Assembly: GCA_038206295.1 (NCBI GenBank)
Contig: JBBRAZ010000005.1
Location: forward strand, 50,447-114,446
Origin: Acidimicrobiales bacterium
GTDB lineage: Bacteria; Actinomycetota; Acidimicrobiia; Acidimicrobiales; JBBRAZ01
Direction: 5' to 3'
Length of the DNA: 64,000 bases
Part shown: in pieces, positions 40,198 through 48,800 of the stretch
Position numbering within the stretch: the stretch's first letter is position 1
Layout: every line of letters begins with the position of its first letter
Program-made: the position numbers and the translations under genes
Notes under the pieces: generated by a model
Seen by the model: only the letters and a program-made list of their open reading frames with translations
Databases searched by the model: none
What the model was told of the DNA's origin: nothing

Positions 40198-41544
40198 TCA
40201 GCGCCGCTTGGCTGCTGCCTTCTTCTTGGCTGGTGCCTTCTTCTTGGCCGGAGCCTTCTTCTTGGCTGGGGCCTTCTTGGCAGGTGCCTTCTTCTTGGCT
40301 GGTGCCTTCTTCTTCGCGGGCGCCTTCTTCGCAGGTGCCTTCTTCTTGGCCGGAGCCTTCTTCTTCGCGGGCGCCTTCTTCGCAGGTGCCTTCTTCTTGG
40401 CCGGAGCCTTCTTCTTCGCTGCCTTCTTCTTCGCTGGTGTCACCGGCGCCTCCTCGGCGTTGAGTGGATCCGCAGATTTTCTACCATCCTCATCGCCATC
40501 GGTGCGGGAACGAACATCGGTTGTGGCCGGTTCGAGCTCTTCGATGACGCCGAGAGCGGGTGCGACATCGATGCCGTGACGGTCGCCGTCGACCGATGTG
40601 ATCGTGAACCGGTACCTCCCACCGAGTCGCAGCACCGACCGCGCGCTCGGCGGCGCAGGGTCGCCGAGCGCGACGACGGGCACGTAGCAGCTGATGCCAT
40701 CGACATCGATGTAGGCACCGTGCGAGGAGAACCGGTCGACCGTTCCGACGACGTCGGCCCCCGGGGGGTTGGCGCCGATGAACTCGAGGAACGGGAGGAG
40801 GTCGTTGATCGCCTCCAGCGGGCGCTGCGTGCCACGGGACCGGTTGCGCCCGCTGCCGCGCTGGCCATCCTTCGACGTCGCAGCGTCCTTGGGTGTGCTG
40901 GCGGCAGCGGCGCGCCCGCCGCCGCGGCCACGTCCGCCGGCGGGCGCCTTGGCCGCTTTCTTCGCCACCTTGCCGGTGTCGCCGACCTTCGGGGGGGCGC
41001 CGCTGGCGCTGACGATGACCTCATCGGGCTTCAGCCCCGTGACCTCGCTGGCCTTGCCGCGTCCGCCGCGTCCGCGTCCGCGGCCACCACCGCCACCACC
41101 TCGGGTGGCCTGGCGGCTGACGGCGCCGCGCACCGGCCTGCGGTACTCGAACACCCAGCCGATGCCGGTGATGGGCACGCCGCCCACGAGGCGACCGTCG
41201 TCGAACAGCCAGGTGTACTCGCCGTGGAACTCCTGGAAGGAGTCGTTGGAGAGGACCGTGGCGCCGACCTTGTCGGCGATCTTCAGGATGAAGGCGTCGC
41301 CGCGGCCGATGACGCCGGCTGGGGGGCGCACGAGCTCGCCGGCGAGCAGCGCCTCCTCGTAGAGGTCGCGCTCGGACGGATCGATGCGGTTCGGGAAGGT
41401 GGCGTCGACGACGACGGTCACCTGATCGAAGCTGTGGTCCTTCAGGAATGAGCGGACGGCCTCGTCGAGCTGCGCCAAGCTGGGCTTGGTGCGCCCCTCG
41501 GTCGCCAGGTTCGATCCATCGACGACCAGCTGGGTCTGTTTCAT
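40198..41544 (-). CDS. Zc3h12a/Regnase-like NYN ribonuclease domain - RGG-rich linker - S1-like domain - Lys/Ala/Pro-rich histone-H1-like tail
   Basis: The N-terminus QLVVDGSNLATEG...GDAFILKIADKVGATVLSNDSFQEFH...GRLVGG parallels the Regnase-1 NYN motifs ([26 protein letters not shown]). RGGGGGGRGRGRGGRG box. VGTVDRFSSHGAYIDVDGISCYVPV is S1-like. The tail is (APAKKK)n. AGGAG lies 12 nt before the ATG at 41544. Confidence 0.82.
   Translation of the reverse strand: MKQTQLVVDGSNLATEGRTKPSLAQLDEAVRSFLKDHSFDQVTVVVDATFPNRIDPSERDLYEEALLAGELVRPPAGVIGRGDAFILKIADKVGATVLSNDSFQEFHGEYTWLFDDGRLVGGVPITGIGWVFEYRRPVRGAVSRQATRGGGGGGRGRGRGGRGKASEVTGLKPDEVIVSASGAPPKVGDTGKVAKKAAKAPAGGRGRGGGRAAAASTPKDAATSKDGQRGSGRNRSRGTQRPLEAINDLLPFLEFIGANPPGADVVGTVDRFSSHGAYIDVDGISCYVPVVALGDPAPPSARSVLRLGGRYRFTITSVDGDRHGIDVAPALGVIEELEPATTDVRSRTDGDEDGRKSADPLNAEEAPVTPAKKKAAKKKAPAKKKAPAKKAPAKKKAPAKKKAPAKKAPAKKKAPAKKKAPAKKAPAKKKAPAKKKAPAKKKAAAKRR
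40201..40436 (-). repeat. In-frame tandem DNA repeat (51-nt period) encoding the PAKKKAPAKKKAPAKKA tail
   Basis: caggtgccttcttcttggc... recurs at 40281, 40332 and 40383 with near-identical units. More diverged copies flank them. Confidence 0.85.
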
Positions 41545-41886
41545 GTGGTGTGTGCGGCTCCTGCGATGTGCACGAGTCGGACGATCCGCACTCGTGGTGC
41601 GCCGGGTCCGGTCGCTGCAGCCACGGCGGCGGGCGGGGACTCCAGGCCTGGTGCGATGGCGGGCGGGTGGATCCTGCCCAGCCGCTGCACCCGCAGCACC
41701 CGGATCGAGCCCGTCGACCGCTGCGCGCAGGCGCACCGTCACGACGTCTTCTCCACTATGCCACCTCAATCGGACGAAGGAGCACATCAGCGTCCGGTGC
41801 GTCGCGTCCCCGCTGGGTGATCGTGGCGCATAGCCTGCGCCTGCGCTGCCCGGTGGGGTGGCGCGGCGAGCACCGGGAGCCGCAGC

Positions 41887-43218
41887 GTGGACGACGTCAC
41901 CGACGAGGTCACCGACCTCCTCCAGCACCTGATCCGCAACGCCTGCGTGAACGACGGCGACATCGCGTCGGGCAACGAGGACCGGAGCACCGATGTGCTC
42001 GGGCAGTACCTCGATGGGGTCGGCCTCGACGTCGAGCGCTACGAGCCTGCTCCGGGCCGCGCCAGCCTCGTGGCCCGCCTCGAGGGCACCGATCCGGCGG
42101 CGCCGACCCTGCTGCTCATGGGGCACACCGACGTCGTGCCCGTCACCGAGGACCGGTGGCGTCACGACCCGTTCGGCGGCGAGCTGATCGACGGCGTCGT
42201 GTGGGGACGTGGCGCCGTCGACATGCTGAACCTCACGGCATCGATGGCGGTGGCCACTCGGCACCTCGCCGACGGAGGGTTCCGACCGAAGGGGACGTTG
42301 ATCTACCTCGCCGTCGCCGACGAGGAGGCGCTCGGGACGTGGGGGGCGATGCACCTCGCCGAGCACGAGCGCGACGCGGTGGTGGCGGACTACGTGATCA
42401 CGGAGTCCGGCGGCATCCCGCTGCCGAGCCCGACGGGCATCAAGCTGCCGGTCATCGTCGGGGAGAAGGGCGTGCACTGGTGCCGTATGCACGTCACCGG
42501 CAGCCCCGGCCACGGCTCGCAGCCGTACCGCACCGACAACGCGCTGGTGACGGCTGCCGCCATCGTGACGCGACTCGCCGAGCACCGTCCGGAGACGCAG
42601 ATCCACGACGTGTGGCGTCGGTTCCTCGAGGGCATGGACTACCCGCCGGAGCTGATCGAGCCGCTGCTCGACCCGGCCACCCTGCCCGGGGTGCTCGACG
42701 GGCTGCCGCTGGCGATGGCGCGCCAGTTCCACGCGTGCACCCACACCACCATCGCCCCGACGGTCGTGCACGGCGGCGTGAAGACGAACGTGATCCCCGA
42801 CGCGGTGGCGCTCGATGTCGACATCCGCACGCTGCCGGGCCAGACCGGCGAGGAGATCCGCGCCATGCTCGACGACGTGCTCGGCGACCTCGCCGACCAT
42901 GTGACCCTCGAGATCATCGAGGACGACCCCTCGTCGGCATCGCCGATCGACACCCCGCTGTGGGACAGCCTCACCCGCACGAGCCAGCGCTTCTACCAGG
43001 GGGCGACGACCGTGCCGTACCTCTCGGTCGGCGGCACCGACGCGCGGTTCTTCCGCCGGCTCGGGATCACCTCCTACGGCTACGGCCTGTTCAGCGAGCA
43101 GATGTCGATGGAGGACTACGGCGGCATGTTCCACGGCGACGACGAGCGCATCGACCAGGAGTCGCTGCGGCTGTCGACCGAGCTGTGGGACGCGGTGGCG
43201 CGCGACCTGCTCGGATGA
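41887..43218 (+). CDS. M20/M25/M40-family metallopeptidase (dipeptidase/desuccinylase-like)
   Basis: LLLMGHTDVVPV, WGRGAVDMLN, VADEEALG and ESGG motifs. GTG start. Confidence 0.85.
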   Translation: MDDVTDEVTDLLQHLIRNACVNDGDIASGNEDRSTDVLGQYLDGVGLDVERYEPAPGRASLVARLEGTDPAAPTLLLMGHTDVVPVTEDRWRHDPFGGELIDGVVWGRGAVDMLNLTASMAVATRHLADGGFRPKGTLIYLAVADEEALGTWGAMHLAEHERDAVVADYVITESGGIPLPSPTGIKLPVIVGEKGVHWCRMHVTGSPGHGSQPYRTDNALVTAAAIVTRLAEHRPETQIHDVWRRFLEGMDYPPELIEPLLDPATLPGVLDGLPLAMARQFHACTHTTIAPTVVHGGVKTNVIPDAVALDVDIRTLPGQTGEEIRAMLDDVLGDLADHVTLEIIEDDPSSASPIDTPLWDSLTRTSQRFYQGATTVPYLSVGGTDARFFRRLGITSYGYGLFSEQMSMEDYGGMFHGDDERIDQESLRLSTELWDAVARDLLG

Positions 43219-43847
43219 CGGCGATCCGCGCCGCGCTCTTCGACTTCGGGGGCGTGATCCTCTCGAGCCCGTTCGAGGCGTTCGCCCGCTTCGAGCGCGA
43301 GCGCGGGCTGCCAGAGGGCTTCCTGCGGACCGTCAACGCGACCGACCCCGACGCCAACGCGTGGGCCCGCCTCGAGCGCAACGAGCTGACGGTCGGCGGG
43401 TTCGACGAGGCGTTCGCTGCGGAGTCCGCCGCGCTCGGCCACGCCGTGCGCGGCAGCGAGGTGCTCGGGCTGCTGGCCGGCGACGTGCGACCGGCGATGG
43501 TCGAGGCGGTGCGCCGCTGCCGCGAGCGCCTCGCGACCGCGCTGCTCACCAACAACGTGGTGGCCGTCGATGCCGAGGCGATGGCGGGGACCGCGCACGG
43601 CGAGGTCCTCGGGCACTTCGATGTGATCATCGAGTCGTCGAAGGTCGGCGTCCGCAAGCCGGAGCCTCGGTTCTACGAGCTGGCGCTCGAGGCGCTGGGC
43701 ATCGAGGCCCACGAAGCCGTGTTCCTCGACGACCTGGGCGTGAACCTGAAGCCGGCGCGTGCCATGGGCATGGCGACGATCAAGGTCGGCGACCCAGCCG
43801 TCGCCCTCGCCGAGCTCGAGACCATCGTCGGCTTCCCCCTCGCCTGA
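43215..43847 (+). CDS. HAD-superfamily hydrolase (subfamily IA, epoxide-hydrolase-N-terminal-like phosphatase)
   Basis: ALFDFGGVI (DxDx-type motif I variant), LLTNN, SSKVGVRKPEP, FLDDLGVNLKPA. The ATG overlaps the M20 stop (ATGA). Confidence 0.82.
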   Translation: MTAIRAALFDFGGVILSSPFEAFARFERERGLPEGFLRTVNATDPDANAWARLERNELTVGGFDEAFAAESAALGHAVRGSEVLGLLAGDVRPAMVEAVRRCRERLATALLTNNVVAVDAEAMAGTAHGEVLGHFDVIIESSKVGVRKPEPRFYELALEALGIEAHEAVFLDDLGVNLKPARAMGMATIKVGDPAVALAELETIVGFPLA

Positions 43848-43861
43848 CCCCATCCCCCAAG

Positions 43862-43970
43862 CTTCTCGGCGCGCTGCGTGGACTCCCAGTCTCACCACGC
43901 CGCCGAGAATGTCCACGTGGGAATCTCGGCGCGCTGCGTGGACTCCCAGTCTCACCGCGCCGCGGAGAAG
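43862..43970 (-). repeat. Tandem pair (60-bp period) of REP-like hairpin elements, upstream flank of the DUF559 gene
   Basis: (c/a)(t/a)tctcggcg-cgctgcGTGGACTCCCAGTCTCACC(a/g)cg-ccgc(c/g)gagaa occurs twice, with terminal inverted arms ttctcggcg / cgccgagaa. The core is the reverse complement of the core at 45021-45129 and 11248-11296. Confidence 0.9.
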
Positions 43971-44005
43971 CGGGAGTGTCATACCCCCGGTCTTGAATCT
44001 CGTGC

Positions 44006-44995
44006 ATGACCACCTCACCTGCCCCACCCGCCACAGATCGAGCCGACAGGTGGCCGAGCCCGTTCCCTGGGGTCGATGCCCACCCGGTCGAGCGGCTCAT
44101 GCACCTCGCGGCGATGCAGCACGGCCTCGTCTCGACCTACCAGGCAGAGGTGATCGGTGTCGGGCGGTCGCGCCTCCAATCGATGCAGCGGCGCGGCGTG
44201 CTCATCCACGCGGGGCGAGGGGTCTGGGCCCTACCGGGATCGCCGGAGACCGAGCGCCAGGTGCTGCTGCGACCGTGCCTCTCCTACGGCGGCGTCGCCT
44301 CTCATCGAGCTGCGGGCTCGCTGCACCGCATCGAGGCGTGGACGGAGCGTCCCATCGAGCTGACTGTCGAGCGCTCGCGCTCGGTGGACGTCCCCGGTGG
44401 GATCGTGCATCGGACGCAGGACCTCATCGCCGACGACATCGTGATCATCGACTCGATCCCGGTGACGTCGCCAGCGCGAACGCTCGTCGATCTCGGCTCG
44501 GTCGTCCCGGCGGTCCTGGTGAGCAGGTCCGTCAACCACGCGCTCCGCCTCATGCTCACCACGATCGTCGAGCTGCAGCTGGTCGCGGACCGCGTTGGGC
44601 GGCACGGCCGGTCGGGAGCCGGCGTGCTGCGCCGCGTCCTCGATGGGAAGGTGGCTGAGCACCAGCTCATGGAGAGCCCGCTGGAGTCGGATTTCCTCGA
44701 CCTGTGCATCGTGCACGGCCTCCCGGCACCGTCGGTGCAGCACCCTGTGCGGGTGAACGGCAGGGATCGCAGGCTGGACGTCGCGTGGCCGAGCGTGAAG
44801 CTCTGCGTCGAGCTCCTCGGGTACGAGCATCACGGCCAGCGCGAGCGCTTCGAGGAGGACAGGAGGCGGACGAACGACCTGCAGCTCGCTGGGTGGACCG
44901 TGCTCGAGTTCACCGCCGATGACGTGCGCCGGCGTGGGTCCAGGACGATCTCCCTTGTGCTGCGGATGCTCGACCGACTGGGCTACCCGGGTTGA
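44006..44995 (+). CDS. AbiEi-like N-terminal (wHTH) domain plus C-terminal DUF559 (Vsr-like endonuclease fold) protein
   Basis: QHGLVSTYQAEVIGVGRSRLQSMQRRGVLIHAGRGVW...VTSPARTLVDL at the N-terminus. ESPLESDFLDLC...RLDVAWPSVKLCVELLGYEHHG...DRRRTNDLQLAGWTVLEF is the DUF559 pattern. Confidence 0.82.
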   Translation: MTTSPAPPATDRADRWPSPFPGVDAHPVERLMHLAAMQHGLVSTYQAEVIGVGRSRLQSMQRRGVLIHAGRGVWALPGSPETERQVLLRPCLSYGGVASHRAAGSLHRIEAWTERPIELTVERSRSVDVPGGIVHRTQDLIADDIVIIDSIPVTSPARTLVDLGSVVPAVLVSRSVNHALRLMLTTIVELQLVADRVGRHGRSGAGVLRRVLDGKVAEHQLMESPLESDFLDLCIVHGLPAPSVQHPVRVNGRDRRLDVAWPSVKLCVELLGYEHHGQRERFEEDRRRTNDLQLAGWTVLEFTADDVRRRGSRTISLVLRMLDRLGYPG

Positions 44996-45020
44996 GCGTT
45001 CACGTCAGCGCCACGCCGAT

Positions 45021-45129
45021 CATCTCGGCGTGCTGGTGAGCCTGGGAGTCCACGTACGCCGCCGAGAAGGTGCTGGTGGGCTTCTCGGCGTGCTGGTGAG
45101 ACTTGGAGTCCACGTACGCCGCCGAGAAG
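45021..45129 (+). repeat. Tandem pair (60-bp period) of the same REP-like hairpin elements, opposite orientation, downstream flank of the DUF559 gene
   Basis: c(a/t)tctcggcg-tgctGGTGAG(c/a)C(t)TGGGAGTCCACgta-cgccgccgagaag occurs twice, with perfect 10-bp arms cttctcggcg / cgccgagaag in copy 2. The second copy ends 2 nt before the kgd stop codon. Confidence 0.9.
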
Positions 45130-45130
45130 A

Positions 45131-48100
45131 TCAAGCGGGGAGGTCGAAGACTGCGGCGGTGAGCTCGTCTTGCTCCTGGACGTGGATGGCGTGCGTCCCG
45201 GTCGCAGGGCTGCCGGACGCTTGTCGGCTGATGCGGGCGATGTCGTAGCGGTCGCCCAGGTTCTCGTAGAGCTTGCCCTTGACGTAGCTCCAGGCGCCCA
45301 TGTTCTCGGGCTCCTCCTGGACCCAGCGGACCTCGGTGGCGTTCGGGTAGCGCCCGAGGACCTCCTCGACCTGCGCGTACGGGTACGGCGCCAGCTGCTC
45401 GAGGCGCACGATCGCCACCGGCGCGTCGAGCTCGTCTCGACGAGCGAGCAGCTCCTGGGTGACCTTGCCCGAGCCGATGACGATGCGGCGCACCCCGGCG
45501 CGGTCGGTCACGCCGGGATCGTCGAGCACCTCCTCGAAGGTGCCGTCCACCAGCAGGTCGACCGAGGAGCGGGCCTGCTTCGAGCGCAGCAGCGACTTCG
45601 GGGAGAACACGATGAGGGGCTTGCGCACGTCGCGCACCATCTGGCGGCGAAGGACGTGGAAGTACTGCGCTGCGGTGGTGGCGTTGACGATCTGCATGTT
45701 GTCCTCTGCCGCCAACAGGAGGAACCGCTCGATGCGCGCCGAGGAGTGCTCGGGGCCCTGGCCTTCGAAGCCGTGCGGGAGCAGCAGCACGAGACCCGAG
45801 GTCTGGCCCCACTTGTCCTCGGCGGAGACGAGGAACTGGTCGATGATGATCTGCGCGCCGTTCATGAAGTCGCCGAACTGCGCCTCCCAGATGACCAGGG
45901 CGTCCTTGTTGGCCACCGAGTACCCGTACTCGAAGCCGAGTGCCGCGTACTCCGACAGCAGTGAGTCGTAGAGCCACAGGCGGGACCCGTCTCGTGTCAG
46001 GCCCGCCAGGGGCTCGTGCTCCGCACCAGTGGCGTAGTCGACGAGCACCGCGTGGCGCTGGGAGAACGTGCCGCGGCGCGTATCCTGCCCTGCGAGGCGC
46101 ACGGAGATGCCGTCAGCGAGCAAGGTGCCGAATGCGAGCGCCTCGCCGAGCGCCCAGTCCACCTCGCCGCCGGCGAACATCGACGCCCGCGCCTCGAGCT
46201 GCTTGGCCAGCTTCGGGTGCACGGTGAAGCCATCGGGCACCGATGCCAGCGCGCGCTCGACCTCGTCGATCCGCGTGCGGGGCACGCCTGTCACCGCGTG
46301 CGGCAGCACGCCGGTCGGTGGCGGTGCCGGCTCGGCTCGAACGCCGGCGGGCGGGGCGCTGGCGCGGGTGTCCTCGAGGGCAGCTTGCAGCTTGGCCTGG
46401 AAGTCGTCGAGGGCGGCCTCAGCCTCCTCGACGGTGATGTCGCCACGCTTGACCAGCGACTCGGTGTAGATCTTGCGCACCGAGCGCCGAGCGTCGATGC
46501 GCTGGTACATGAGCGGCTGCGTGTAGCTCGGGTCGTCGGCCTCGTTGTGGCCGTGGCGGCGGTAGCAGATCATGTCGATCACGACGTCCTTGTTGAACGC
46601 CTGGCGGTAGGCGTACGCCAGGCGAGCGACGCGCACGCACGCCTCTGGGTCGTCGCCGTTCACGTGGAAGATCGGCGCCTGCACCATCTTCGCCACGTCG
46701 GTGCAGTACTCCGACGAGCGTGCCGAGTCCGGTGGGGTGGTGAACCCGAGCTGGTTGTTGATGATGACGTGGATCGTCCCGCCGACGCGGTAGCCCCGGA
46801 TGTTGGACAGGTTCAACGTCTCGGCCACCACGCCCTGGCCGGCGAACGCGGCGTCGCCGTGGATGAGCAGCGGCAGCACCGGGTACTTGCCGGGCGGCTC
46901 GATGCCGTCCATCCTCGCCCGCACCATGCCGACGACGACCGGGTCCACCGCCTCGAGGTGCGACGGGTTGGCCGCCAGCTCGACGGGCAGCGTGCTGCCG
47001 TTGCGCGACGTGAACGTGCCCGACATCCCGAGGTGGTACTTCACGTCGCCGGACCCCTGGGTGGACCCGGGCTCGACGTAGCCCTCGAACTCCTTGAAGA
47101 GCTCGCCGTAGCCCTTGCCGATGATGTTCACCAGCACGTTGAGCCGCCCGCGGTGCGCCATGCCGAGGACCGCGGAGTCGAGGCCCTCGTCGGCCGCCGC
47201 GCCGAGGATGGCATCGAGCAGGGGGATCGCCGATTCGGCGCCGTCGATGCCGAAGCGCTTCTGCCCGACGTACTTGCGCTGGAGGAACGTCTCGAGCGCC
47301 TCTGCCGCGTTGAGGCGGTCGAGCACGTGGCGCTGCTCGCCGGCGTCGAGCGCGGTGTCGGCACCCTCCACGTGCTCCTGGATCCAGCGCTTCTCCTCCG
47401 GATCCTGGATGTGCATGTACTCGATGCCGACCGAGCGGCAGTAGGCGTCGCGCAGCACCTTGAGGATGTCGCGCAGCGCCATCACCGACCGGCCGGCGAG
47501 GGGGCCGTAGGTGGTGCGGGTGAGGAACTCGCGGTCGAGGTCCCAGATGGTGAGGCCGTACGTCGCCGGGTCGAGCTCGGCGTGCATCGACGGCTCCTTC
47601 GCCGCCAGCGGGTCGAGATCCGCGATGAGGTGGCCGCGCACCCGGTGCATGTTCATGACCGCGTGCACCGAGACGTGCTTCTCGAGCTGCGCCTCCTGCT
47701 GGTCGAGCGGTCGCACGTCGCGGCGCCACTGGACCGCCTCGTAGGGCACGCCGACCGAGCGGAACACGAGGTCGTAGAAGCCGTCCTCGCCGAGCAGCAG
47801 CTCGTGCACCCGCTTGAGGAGCATCCCGGACTCCGCGCCCTGGATGATGCGGTGGTCGTACGTCGAGCTGATCATCATCGACTTCGACACGCCGAGGTCG
47901 GCCAGGGTGCGCGGGTCGGCACCCTGGTAGGCGGTGGGGAACGCCATCGCACCGACGCCGATGATGACGCCCTGGCCCGGCATGAGCCTCGGCACCGACT
48001 GGATGGTGCCGATCGTCCCCGGATTGGTGATCGTCACCGTCACGCCGGCGAAGTCATCAGGGCTCAGCTTGTTGGAGCGCACCTTGCGGATGAGGTCCTC

Positions 48101-48721
48101 GTACGCGTTGACGAAGTCGATGAACTCCATCGCATCGGCGTCGCGCACGCACGGCACGAGCAGCGTGCGCGAGCCGTCCTTCTTCTCCAGGTCGACGGCG
48201 ATGCCGAGCCCGACGCGCTCGTGGTGCACCACCCGCGGCTCGCCGTCGGGGCCGGCGACGAAGCTGGCGTTCATCGCCGGCACGTCATCTGCGATGGCAC
48301 GGACGACGGCGTAGCCGATGAGGTGCGTGAAGGAGACCTTGCCGCCACGGGTGCGCCCGAGGTAGCCGTTGATCACGTTGCGGTTGACCTCGAGCAGCTT
48401 GGCGGGCACCTCGCGGAAGCTCGTCGCGGTGGGAACCGCCAGGCTCGCCTCCATGTTCTCGACGATTCGTGCTGCCACGCCGCGGATCGGATCGCCTGCG
48501 ACCTCGACATCGCTCGGTTCGGCCTCGGGCGCGGGTGCAGTCGGTGGCGGCGGCGCAGCGGCCTGCGTCACCGCAGGCGAGGCGAGCTGGCCCGGGCGGT
48601 AGTCGGCGAAGAACTCGTGCCAGCTCTCGCTGACCGAAGACGGGTCGGCGAGGTACTGCTCGTACATCTCGTCGACCAGCCAGGCGTTGGGACCGAGGGG
48701 GGAGGGGGTCGCGTCGGGCAT
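45131..48721 (-). CDS. kgd: Multifunctional 2-oxoglutarate dehydrogenase/decarboxylase E1 with fused succinyltransferase-like domain (actinobacterial Kgd/OdhA type)
   Basis: MPDATPSPLGPNAWLVDEMYEQYLADPSSVSESWHEFFADY. An E2-like catalytic domain (STYDHRIIQGAESG) is followed by the E1o region (HRGRLNVL, GDVKYHLG, HGDAAFAGQGVV, YRRHGHNE). ATG at 48721; the remainder of the track ORF overlaps xthA. Confidence 0.93.
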   Translation of the reverse strand: MPDATPSPLGPNAWLVDEMYEQYLADPSSVSESWHEFFADYRPGQLASPAVTQAAAPPPPTAPAPEAEPSDVEVAGDPIRGVAARIVENMEASLAVPTATSFREVPAKLLEVNRNVINGYLGRTRGGKVSFTHLIGYAVVRAIADDVPAMNASFVAGPDGEPRVVHHERVGLGIAVDLEKKDGSRTLLVPCVRDADAMEFIDFVNAYEDLIRKVRSNKLSPDDFAGVTVTITNPGTIGTIQSVPRLMPGQGVIIGVGAMAFPTAYQGADPRTLADLGVSKSMMISSTYDHRIIQGAESGMLLKRVHELLLGEDGFYDLVFRSVGVPYEAVQWRRDVRPLDQQEAQLEKHVSVHAVMNMHRVRGHLIADLDPLAAKEPSMHAELDPATYGLTIWDLDREFLTRTTYGPLAGRSVMALRDILKVLRDAYCRSVGIEYMHIQDPEEKRWIQEHVEGADTALDAGEQRHVLDRLNAAEALETFLQRKYVGQKRFGIDGAESAIPLLDAILGAAADEGLDSAVLGMAHRGRLNVLVNIIGKGYGELFKEFEGYVEPGSTQGSGDVKYHLGMSGTFTSRNGSTLPVELAANPSHLEAVDPVVVGMVRARMDGIEPPGKYPVLPLLIHGDAAFAGQGVVAETLNLSNIRGYRVGGTIHVIINNQLGFTTPPDSARSSEYCTDVAKMVQAPIFHVNGDDPEACVRVARLAYAYRQAFNKDVVIDMICYRRHGHNEADDPSYTQPLMYQRIDARRSVRKIYTESLVKRGDITVEEAEAALDDFQAKLQAALEDTRASAPPAGVRAEPAPPPTGVLPHAVTGVPRTRIDEVERALASVPDGFTVHPKLAKQLEARASMFAGGEVDWALGEALAFGTLLADGISVRLAGQDTRRGTFSQRHAVLVDYATGAEHEPLAGLTRDGSRLWLYDSLLSEYAALGFEYGYSVANKDALVIWEAQFGDFMNGAQIIIDQFLVSAEDKWGQTSGLVLLLPHGFEGQGPEHSSARIERFLLLAAEDNMQIVNATTAAQYFHVLRRQMVRDVRKPLIVFSPKSLLRSKQARSSVDLLVDGTFEEVLDDPGVTDRAGVRRIVIGSGKVTQELLARRDELDAPVAIVRLEQLAPYPYAQVEEVLGRYPNATEVRWVQEEPENMGAWSYVKGKLYENLGDRYDIARISRQASGSPATGTHAIHVQEQDELTAAVFDLPA

Positions 48722-48800
48722 CGGGGCGAAGGATACCGGTGGGCCCGGCCCGGCCCGACGGGCCGCACCTGCGGCGATCACCGGCGCGTACTGTGCGCGG

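Noticed and set aside
40201-40436. Lys/Ala/Pro repeat region considered as a non-coding microsatellite or a separate small histone-like gene
   Set aside because: It is in frame and contiguous with the S1-like region and ends at a stop codon followed by a strong terminator hairpin. There is no independent start or RBS.
40198-43134. Track ORF suggesting a single 978-aa protein extending upstream of the NYN-domain gene
   Set aside because: The upstream 530 codons are antisense to the well-supported M20 peptidase gene and to the 342-bp intergenic region, and are Arg/Gly/His-rich. A good SD (AGGAG) precedes the ATG at 41544, where the NYN homology begins.
44006-44995. AbiEi-like N-terminal domain as part of an AbiE toxin-antitoxin or abortive-infection system
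   Set aside because: There is no adjacent AbiEii-type nucleotidyltransferase toxin gene. The AbiEi-like wHTH plus DUF559 fusion is a common stand-alone actinobacterial architecture.
43862-45129. Regularly spaced direct repeats considered as mini-CRISPR arrays (also 9079-9194)
   Set aside because: There are only two copies per locus, and the inter-repeat 'spacers' are ~12 nt. The repeats are internally palindromic REP-like hairpins, the two loci are mirror images, and no cas genes are in the window.
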